Shown: in pieces, positions 1-6,578 of the stretch
How positions within the stretch are numbered: position 1 is the stretch's first letter
How the letters are laid out: every line of letters starts with the position of its first letter
Assembly: GCA_048939625.1 (NCBI GenBank)
Contig: JBHLPH010000037.1
Span: 1-12,495 of the forward strand
Length of the DNA stretch: 12,495 nt
Direction: 5' to 3'
DNA from: Promethearchaeota archaeon
Lineage (GTDB): Archaea; Asgardarchaeota; Hermodarchaeia; Hermodarchaeales; Hermodarchaeaceae
The notes under the pieces: generated by a model
The model's database searches: none
What the model was told of the DNA's origin: nothing
The model's input: only the letters and a program-made list of their open reading frames with translations
Program-made: the position numbers and the translations under genes

Positions 1-14
1 CCCTAGGTGTTTCC

Positions 15-1469
15 ATGAGAAAAAATGATTTGGACTTAGTTTACGCACCTGCGTTCAGGCTTCTCGAGCTTTTCAAGGTTCAGGAGATTTCGCCTGTTGA
101 TGTTCTGGAAGCCCAAATATCTCGCATCGAAGCAGAGAATGAGAAAGTAAACGCTATCACCTACACCCACTTTGATTCCGCTCGAAAAGCTGCAAAAGAA
201 TCTGAAAAGCGGTATAAGCAAGGGAATCCACGACCTCTCGAAGGAATTACAGTTGGAATGAAAGACGAACATGGACTGGCAGGCTGGATAATCACTCAAG
301 GCTCGAAGCTGTTTAAAGATGCCAAACTTGAAACAAACGATCCTGTTGCGGATAAATTGCTTGAAGCTGGGGCGATCCTGCACATCCAAACCACGGTACC
401 TGAGTTTTACTTTTCTGGGGTCACTTGGACAGATCTATGGGGTGTTACTCGGAACCCCTGGAACCTCAAATACGCGGTTGGTGGATCATCTGGTGGGTCT
501 GGCGCGGCATTAGCGGCGGGATTTTGCACCCTTGCAACAGGTTCTGACATGGGTGGGTCGATTCGCATTCCTTGTGCGTTCAATGGGCTTTATGGATACA
601 AGCCTCCTTATGGGCGTGTGCCTACCACGGAGATCTTGTTAGTCATCGCAACCAACGGTCCTATGGCTCGAACGCTGCCTGACATCATCCATATGCAGAA
701 CACCATCTCTGGTCCGCACCCTTATAGTCCTTCAACCATTAGCCCAAAGTTGGAACTCCCATTAGAGTATCACGACCTCAAAGGGGTGCATATCGCCTTT
801 AGCCCGGATCAAAGCTGGGCGCAGATTGATACTGACACTGCGAAAAATACTGCTAAAGCTGTCGATCTGTTACGGCAGGCTGGGGCCATTGTTGATGAGG
901 TGGATCTCGACCTTGGTGTTACTGCAGATGATCTAAGATTCGCCTTGGTTGAAGCGGCGCTGTATGGGCCACAAGGGGCTATGCTCGGGAGGCTTGCATC
1001 ACAAAAGGATCAAATGACGACTTATGGTCGGGACTTTGTGGAGAAAGCGGCAGCAGGCGGATACGGTGCGAAAGAAGCGCTCCAATACGAAAACAACATT
1101 AAAGTTGCCAACAGCCATCTCCAGAACCAAATCTTTCTCAAAGGATATGATGCCATGGTCATGCCCACGCTAGCGACCAGTCACATCCCAGCGGCTCTCG
1201 ATTACACCCAGGATACAACGGTTATCAATGGCGTCGAGGTCAACTCGCTTGCTGGCTGGATCTTAACGCCACTGTTTAATATTCTCAACTGGTATCCGGT
1301 CATCAATGCCCCCACAGGGCGGTCCTCTGAGGGTATGCCAACCGGTCTTCAAATCGTGACCCAGTCCTATGATGATCTCACAGCACACCGGGTCGCTGCA
1401 GGATATTCGGAAGTAGCTCCACGATTATTCACTGGAAACCAGTTCCCTGATTTTAGAGGTGGAAACTAG
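15..1469 (+). CDS. Amidase-signature (AS) family amidase
   Basis: Contains KD (catalytic Lys region, PLEGITVGMKDE), TRNPWN, GGSSGGSGAA and GSDMGGSIRIP, i.e. the Ser-cisSer-Lys triad motifs, plus a C-terminal GMPTGLQIV. Confidence 0.93.
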   Translation: MRKNDLDLVYAPAFRLLELFKVQEISPVDVLEAQISRIEAENEKVNAITYTHFDSARKAAKESEKRYKQGNPRPLEGITVGMKDEHGLAGWIITQGSKLFKDAKLETNDPVADKLLEAGAILHIQTTVPEFYFSGVTWTDLWGVTRNPWNLKYAVGGSSGGSGAALAAGFCTLATGSDMGGSIRIPCAFNGLYGYKPPYGRVPTTEILLVIATNGPMARTLPDIIHMQNTISGPHPYSPSTISPKLELPLEYHDLKGVHIAFSPDQSWAQIDTDTAKNTAKAVDLLRQAGAIVDEVDLDLGVTADDLRFALVEAALYGPQGAMLGRLASQKDQMTTYGRDFVEKAAAGGYGAKEALQYENNIKVANSHLQNQIFLKGYDAMVMPTLATSHIPAALDYTQDTTVINGVEVNSLAGWILTPLFNILNWYPVINAPTGRSSEGMPTGLQIVTQSYDDLTAHRVAAGYSEVAPRLFTGNQFPDFRGGN

Positions 1470-1768
1470 GAAGATCCGATGGCTATTTCGAGAAGAGCGA
1501 ATTAAAGTAGAACAGTGAAGCAAACAGGACTTACTCGTTTGAACAAGTTGTCGAAGCTCATCGCAATGTCAAAAAAAGACGTAAAAAGGATAATGTAATC
1601 ATAACAGTAGAACATAGATGAAACAAATCTTGGGTATATGCAACTAAACAAGTGCTTTACCGGTGCGATGACAATAAAAGAAATCTACTTTTTCGATGTT
1701 TGCAAATTTATGTGTCGAACCTATCTGAACTTGTAAGATTTTTAAGAGGTTAGAGCCGTGTTCTTATT

Positions 1769-1806
1769 CTACTCTCACTTTGTGATAGTAGTGTTCAACA
1801 ATTGAA
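1769..1806. promoter_or_regulatory. Two adjacent inverted repeats between a TATA-like box and the start of the 1821 gene
   Basis: CTACT-c-TCAC-ttt-GTGA-t-AGTAG (1769-1791) and TTCAA-caa-TTGAA (1794-1806), downstream of TTTTTAAG at about 1739-1746. Confidence 0.35.
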
Positions 1807-1820
1807 GAGGCTTTAGCACG

Positions 1821-2153
1821 ATGGCTAAAAGTACTGTCCAACAAATAGGCGAGATTCTTGTACTCATTGGTGCAATCATTTCACTGATTTTCGGTATCCT
1901 CATGCTCATCCCCGGTATCGGTTGGAGCATTATTCCAATATTCTGGGGTTGGGGCCTCGACATCATCTTTGGTATCATTGTAATCATTGTATCCTTGATC
2001 ACGCTCGCTACCTCGGGTTTCATCAAGTTTCCATGGAAACTTGAAAAGAATTGGATTATGCTTCTTATCCTTGGCATTATTCTCCTCATCTTCGGAGGAG
2101 ACATTGGTGCTATTCTGGTGATAATCGGCGCAATCCTTCTTATCTTCAAATAA
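1821..2153 (+). CDS. Small hydrophobic membrane protein (about 4 TM), function unknown
   Basis: 110 aa rich in I/L/G with about four hydrophobic segments; GAGG SD-like site upstream; terminator immediately downstream. Confidence 0.8.
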   Translation: MAKSTVQQIGEILVLIGAIISLIFGILMLIPGIGWSIIPIFWGWGLDIIFGIIVIIVSLITLATSGFIKFPWKLEKNWIMLLILGIILLIFGGDIGAILVIIGAILLIFK

Positions 2154-2155
2154 AT

Positions 2156-2186
2156 GAGGGGAACTTACCCCTCTCATCTTTTTTTT
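2156..2186 (+). terminator. Hairpin plus T-tract terminator
   Basis: GAGGGG-aactta-CCCCTC (2156-2173) followed by T8 (2179-2186), just after the TAA stop at 2153. Confidence 0.7.
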
Positions 2187-2210
2187 CGAAAAATACGGAC
2201 TACCAGAACT

Positions 2211-2436
2211 TCTTCACCTATATAGCTTCTATGAGGTGATGACTGCAAAAGAAGGGGATTTGATTTTATGGGTATCACCCAATAAAATCTCTAAAAATCT
2301 TATGCGGTTATCGCTCTTAAGAACGCCTTCTTTAGTCTTTGCGGATCGAAGCTACTTATGTTGGTGGTCGCTGCGTATTTTCACGAAACGAATTAGAAGT
2401 AGCATTTTACTAGCAGCGCATCTACAAACGGAGATG
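2211..2436. other. Intergenic region with multiple nested complementary segments; candidate structured RNA or element remnant
   Basis: Hairpin 2214-2239; helix 2241-2255/2326-2337 enclosing hairpins 2262-2289 and 2298-2322; crossing helices 2351-2357/2397-2403 and 2369-2374/2413-2418. Confidence 0.35.
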
Positions 2437-2443
2437 GGCTTGG

Positions 2444-2755
2444 TTATAATTCTGAGAGGTCCACAGCTGAACCCTGCATACAATAATAACTCCATCGCAT
2501 ACTCATGGTCTTTGTGAGTGGGCATTCGAAACACAGACAGCCCTTTTGGTCTTGGATCGAATTGGATTTACCTAAGGTGCAATAGACCCGATTGATTTCC
2601 CCGCTGTCGATGTTGGTCGGACACTGATTGCAGAGACACAGATGAATCGCGTTTTGTGCTGCTTGTTTTTGTACGGCTTCAGACATGCTACTCATCATCA
2701 TCTGGTACTTTTCCTCAAAGGATGCAGTTGGCCATTTTTCATCAGGTGTTGCCAC
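2444..2755 (-). CDS. DUF2769-like Cys-rich metal-binding protein
   Basis: CLCNQCP...YCTLGKS...GCLCFECP...YYC matches the repeated CxCxxCP/(Y/F)CxxG pattern of DUF2769. Start moved from 2764 to the GTG at 2755 because GAGGTGA lies just upstream as an SD. Confidence 0.75.
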   Translation of the reverse strand: MATPDEKWPTASFEEKYQMMMSSMSEAVQKQAAQNAIHLCLCNQCPTNIDSGEINRVYCTLGKSNSIQDQKGCLCFECPLTKTMSMRWSYYCMQGSAVDLSEL

Positions 2756-2763
2756 GCAGATCA

Positions 2764-2784
2764 CCTCATTGACTGATAATGAGG
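2764..2784. promoter_or_regulatory. Inverted repeat overlapping the SD of the DUF2769-like gene
   Basis: CCTCATT-n7-AATGAGG, perfect 7-bp arms; one arm contains the GAGG of the minus-strand SD. Confidence 0.45.
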
Positions 2785-2998
2785 AAAGAGGTTATGTAAA
2801 GGCTTCTTAAGTTCGTCTATTCGATAACAATCACCAGCGTCGATTCATTCAACCTTAAATTACTGACATAAATGACTAACATACGTGAGTACGCTCAACT
2901 TGTCTGGTAATTTTTCTAATACTAAATGGTTATAGTTATAAACATATAAATAAATAAACGCACTCACCCAATCAGACACAGGATACCCGCGTAACACG

Positions 2999-3553
2999 GT
3001 GATAGAACTGCCACTCGATCACAAGAACTTTGGACGACTCACTGAAGGATTTACAATCACAATTGGCATAGGCGTCGCTATTACGATTTCCGGACTTATT
3101 GCCTTTGGGCTGCTTCTGTTCGTGGGTGTTCCTTGGTTTACCATTCCTCTGATTTTTGTATTCTTAGGTATGTGGATTGCGACTAACCAGTGGAATGAAC
3201 TCAATAGGCTCAGAATCGTGGCGGGATTTGTAGCCTCTATTACTCATCCTACTCGCATTACTACCACAGCGAATTTACTTAATATGAAGCGGCATACATT
3301 CGTCCATGCGCTAACCAAGCTAATTACGCGTGGGGCTGTTGAAATCAGTATCTTTCCGGAGGTTGATACCTTTGGACCGAAGGGATGTAAACGACCAAAT
3401 TCAGTGCCAAAGGATTATCAGCCTCCCACCCCTATTCCAATCACTTCTCGTCAACAGTTATCAACCATTCTTCAATGGATTGGACTCATTGGTACCATTA
3501 TTGCCATCGTCTACCATATTATTGGGTTATTACGGTATCTAGGTTTTTTCTAG
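2999..3553 (+). CDS. Hypothetical membrane protein (2 N-terminal TM, winged-helix/PCI-like loop, Pro-rich linker, C-terminal TM)
   Basis: Hydrophobic segments at about aa 18-62 and 157-184; the soluble segment RITTTANLLNMKRHTFVHALTKLITRGAVEISIFPEVDTF has wHTH/PCI-like periodicity; AT-rich TATA-like region at about 2936-2957. Confidence 0.65.
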   Translation: MIELPLDHKNFGRLTEGFTITIGIGVAITISGLIAFGLLLFVGVPWFTIPLIFVFLGMWIATNQWNELNRLRIVAGFVASITHPTRITTTANLLNMKRHTFVHALTKLITRGAVEISIFPEVDTFGPKGCKRPNSVPKDYQPPTPIPITSRQQLSTILQWIGLIGTIIAIVYHIIGLLRYLGFF

Positions 3554-3689
3554 GGCTATTTACTCGGATAGGCATGCTTAGAATCAACTCAATATTTTGC
3601 GAATCGATACAATGAACCGAGGTATTAAAGACGATGAGCCCAAAAGTATAATAGGTTCGATTTGAAGGGTTCACTGGAAGGTAACGATA

Positions 3690-4301
3690 ATGTCAGCTAT
3701 TCGACGATTCGCATCATGGCTGGGTGGCGGTCCCGACCTGAAGAAGCTCATCTTCCGACTCGACGTCTTCTGTCGGAAGCTCGATTTACAACGGAAGATG
3801 CTCGAAAAAGAAGCGAGTAAAAGCCGCCAACGGGCCAAAAAATACCGCCTTGCAGGCAATATGGATGCCACGCGGATGTACCTGCAACATCATTTGCGGT
3901 TTCAAAAATGGGCCCTTAGCGTAGACTCTTATCGCCTACGTATCGAAGGATTACAAACACAATTACGTCAAAGTGAAGCCATGGGTGAAGTAGCGAAAAT
4001 CCTTGGGCAACTCAACTCTGCCCTCGGTGGACTCAAGAACCAAGTAAAAGTTCCTGAGGTCGCAAAACTGGTTGATCAAATCGAAGGCAACCTCCGTCAC
4101 TTCGAAATGACCCAAGAAGTCGCTGAAGCGGGCATGGACCGCATGGCGGTTTCAACAGAAGTCACCGATGGCGAAGTGAAAGATGCACTCAAAGAGCTCG
4201 ATTCTGAAATCGAGGTTGAAACCGGTACTTCATTGCCAGAACCGGAAAAACGAGTCTCGGAGCTCGAAAAGGAAATCGAGCGATTAAAGGAGGAGGGCTA
4301 G
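3690..4301 (+). CDS. ESCRT-III protein, Vps2/Vps24/Vps46 (CHMP1-3) class, Snf7 family
   Basis: Basic N-half and acidic C-half; AKKYRLAGNMDATRMY resembles CHMP1/Did2 IKKAIQKGNMEVARIH; amphipathic N-terminus (IRRFASWLGG); C-terminal MIM1-like ELEKEIERLK; SD-like GGAAGGT upstream. Confidence 0.88.
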   Translation: MSAIRRFASWLGGGPDLKKLIFRLDVFCRKLDLQRKMLEKEASKSRQRAKKYRLAGNMDATRMYLQHHLRFQKWALSVDSYRLRIEGLQTQLRQSEAMGEVAKILGQLNSALGGLKNQVKVPEVAKLVDQIEGNLRHFEMTQEVAEAGMDRMAVSTEVTDGEVKDALKELDSEIEVETGTSLPEPEKRVSELEKEIERLKEEG

Positions 4302-4305
4302 ACCA

Positions 4306-4938
4306 ATGGCTAAATTCTGGGAAAAACTATTTCCGAAAAAACCTGAACCCAAAGAAGATACAATTGCCCGTATCCATCGGGTCACCGATAAACTCGAAGT
4401 CCGTGGCAGACAATATGAGACAAAAGCCAAGGACTCACGCATCAAAGCAATTCGCTATGTTCGACGGGGAGACCGAAAAGCCGCAAAGCTCCAGCTCCGT
4501 CGTCGGCAACGCTATCTGCGAAAAGCTCGCCTAATTGAACAAGAAATCGATTTGATGGAACGTGGTGTCGAAGCCATCGATCAGGCTCGTGGTGAAACAG
4601 AAGTCATTGGTGCACTCAAAGGCATCGGAACTGAGCTGGAGAATCTCCGTGAAACGGCTTCTCCTGAGGTTGCCCGCGAAGTGATTCTTGAAACCCAAGC
4701 CCTTATTGAAGAGGCTGAAGCGACTGAAGAAATTCTAGGACTTGGTCTTGAAGACGAGGAAATGGATGCTGAAGTTGATGCCGAACTCGAGGATATTGAA
4801 ACCATGATTGCCCTCGAAGAAGCTGGTCAGCTTCCCTCTGTTCCTGAAGGCGAAGAAGAGCTCTTGGAAACCTCTGAAGAACGACGAGAGCGCACCAAAC
4901 GTGAACTCGAACGCCTCAAAAAGGAAGTCAAAGAATAA
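4306..4938 (+). CDS. ESCRT-III protein, Vps20/Vps32(Snf7)/Vps60 class
   Basis: N-terminal membrane anchor MAKFWEKLF; RGDRKAAKLQLRRRQRY resembles Snf7 KGNKVMAKNALKKKK; acidic DAEVDAELEDIE; MIM2-like LPSVP; starts 4 nt after the previous stop, with a GGAGG SD inside the upstream gene. Confidence 0.9.
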   Translation: MAKFWEKLFPKKPEPKEDTIARIHRVTDKLEVRGRQYETKAKDSRIKAIRYVRRGDRKAAKLQLRRRQRYLRKARLIEQEIDLMERGVEAIDQARGETEVIGALKGIGTELENLRETASPEVAREVILETQALIEEAEATEEILGLGLEDEEMDAEVDAELEDIETMIALEEAGQLPSVPEGEEELLETSEERRERTKRELERLKKEVKE

Positions 4939-4982
4939 GCACTTCATACAAAGATGCAGCTATTAGATAACTCGTCATAGCG

Positions 4983-6446
4983 CTAGCGCCGTCGTAAATC
5001 ACGAATTTGAGCTTCAACCAGATAAAGTTCTTGAGTCAGGGATCGATACTGCTTGAAGAATTTCTCATCAGATAGTTTGCCTTCCTCAAATTGCTTCTTC
5101 AGCAGTTCCATCGTTGACTCGATGCTAAAGCGTTGCTGCTCCAACTGAAATACGGGATCACGCTCTAGCGCATCAGATCGTGAGCTAAACCGAGGATAGT
5201 GACCTTCGGGATAAGAATAGGGTCGAATCACCTCGGGCTGATGAGGTTTCTCTGCGTCATCCGCCGAGACTGCGTAATTAATTAGCTGGTCTAGTTCTTC
5301 GCGAAGGGATGTGACATCAACTTTCAGGTTCAAAATGCGGAGTGATCCTGATGTAGTTACTAAGCTGTGGTCAGCAAAACTTGTTGCTAAATTTATTGCA
5401 TCAGGCGTCTCGTCTAAAACTTTGGATGGGCCACTAATTTTTAGTTCTTCTGAATCGGTTGTGATGTGCAATTTTCGGCGGATTCGACCATGTAATTCCA
5501 CATCATTGATGTCGGTCAGGGCTAAAGTGTGAACCACACGGGTTTCCTTATTGAAGAAGCCCTTCCGTCCAAGAAATATCAAGCGACGGGAAGTGATGAA
5601 CAGAATGCCATTGCCCATTCCCTCGTTTGACTCAGTCTTACTCAGATTTACTGGTTGGATGGCTGCAACGGGGCGTTCATCTTCTAAGACGGGTAAATAT
5701 TCAATATGATCATTGAAGAGTTTGTGCCACTCCGCGATCTGGGTTAATCGCGCTTCAATGGTCGCTAGATCCACATCCAGCTCGTTAACCAAATCGCGGC
5801 AATACGCCTGATAGTCCGCAACATCCTCTTGAATGGCTTCAATCAAACCAGCTAACAGTGGAAAATCAGTAATGGTCCACTGTTCCGGTTGCATGAAACG
5901 GTATTTACTGGCTCGGTGGCGCTCAACCACATTACGCGCACGGAAAAGAATCCGTTCATGAACACTCGGAAGGGCAGTTTTCATTAACTCTAGGAGTTCC
6001 TTTTCCACTTCAGGATCGTGAAGAAAACTTGCGGTACGTAACTCTCGGACTCGCCAGCGAAGAATCCGAAGTCGAGCCGCAAATCCTGCTAATAATTCAT
6101 GTCCCGTTCGGAGTCGATAATAGGTTGTCCTGAATCGTCCCACCAGCTCTTGGCGCATATTATGAATAGGTACAATTTCTTCGGAGCCACAATTAGGACA
6201 AAGATGCACACGGCGTGTTGCCATCTGGGCTGGTTCTTCACATTCAGTGCAAATCCATTCTCCCTCTTCTTGTTCTTCAAGATGATCTGGGCCACACCTA
6301 GCACAAGTGTAAAACTCGCTTAGGTCTTGGCGTGAACAAGGCAGGCAAAACACCTGTCCGCATTCCTTGCAATAACGTTCAGCCATGTTGATATGGCAGG
6401 AGGGACAAAACCCACTGTTTTTTTGATCCACCGCTGGCTGGGACAT
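4983..6446 (-). CDS. Multidomain ESCRT-associated candidate: Zn-finger (6 CxxC), helical region, GRAM/GLUE-like PH domain, Vps23/Vps37-like steadiness box
   Basis: Six CxxC pairs at 6189-6407; GNGILFITSRRLIF PH motif within 5382-5696; C-terminal SIESTMELLKKQFEEGKLSDEKFFKQYRSLTQELY resembles TSG101 AIEDTIFYLGEALRRGVIDLDVFLKHVRLLSRKQF. The ATG at 6446 (preceded by GAAAGGT) is preferred over the TTG at 6485. Confidence 0.7.
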   Translation of the reverse strand: MSQPAVDQKNSGFCPSCHINMAERYCKECGQVFCLPCSRQDLSEFYTCARCGPDHLEEQEEGEWICTECEEPAQMATRRVHLCPNCGSEEIVPIHNMRQELVGRFRTTYYRLRTGHELLAGFAARLRILRWRVRELRTASFLHDPEVEKELLELMKTALPSVHERILFRARNVVERHRASKYRFMQPEQWTITDFPLLAGLIEAIQEDVADYQAYCRDLVNELDVDLATIEARLTQIAEWHKLFNDHIEYLPVLEDERPVAAIQPVNLSKTESNEGMGNGILFITSRRLIFLGRKGFFNKETRVVHTLALTDINDVELHGRIRRKLHITTDSEELKISGPSKVLDETPDAINLATSFADHSLVTTSGSLRILNLKVDVTSLREELDQLINYAVSADDAEKPHQPEVIRPYSYPEGHYPRFSSRSDALERDPVFQLEQQRFSIESTMELLKKQFEEGKLSDEKFFKQYRSLTQELYLVEAQIRDLRRR

Positions 6447-6578
6447 GAACCTTTCGTCGATTGAGCGACACATATACTTTTCCAAAGCTAGTTAAACAGG
6501 CTTGACGGCTTCTGAAAACGGGTTTTCTTCCGACTTAAATCCCAGAGATAGCGCGCGGCTTATCAAGGCGGTCATATA

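Noticed and set aside
15-1469. Amidase as GatA, given aspS in the same window
   Set aside because: It has general amidase motifs (TTVPEF, SDMGGS) rather than GatA's NMDEFAMGS and SDTGGSIRQP, and no gatB or gatC is adjacent.
1470-1768. CRISPR or repeat array in the long AT-rich intergenic region
   Set aside because: Only one 9-nt repeat (AGTAGAACA, twice, about 100 nt apart) was found, with no regular periodicity.
1775-2177. Minus-strand ORFs with repetitive M/I/P/R or D/N/K content
   Set aside because: These are antisense shadows of the hydrophobic membrane-protein gene.
2187-2443. Hammerhead, SRP RNA, RNase P RNA, tRNA or SECIS identity for the structured region
   Set aside because: There is no CUGAnGA/GAAA core, SRP helix-8 motif, GAGGAAAGUCC or cloverleaf, and no in-frame UGA selenoprotein candidate nearby.
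2236-2517. 93-aa + strand ORF, plus the 2051..2239 and 2352..2534 ORFs
   Set aside because: They overlap better-supported genes, have no recognisable motifs and cross terminator or hairpin sequence.
2231-2769. 10-bp inverted repeat ATGAGGTGAT/ATCACCTCAT bracketing the DUF2769-like gene, as possible transposon ends
   Set aside because: It is essentially the SD motif; there is no target-site duplication or transposase.
3690-4938. Crenarchaeal CdvB or bacterial PspA identity for the ESCRT-III pair
   Set aside because: There is no C-terminal wH extension or cdvA/cdvC neighbour, and the sequences match the two eukaryote-like classes better.
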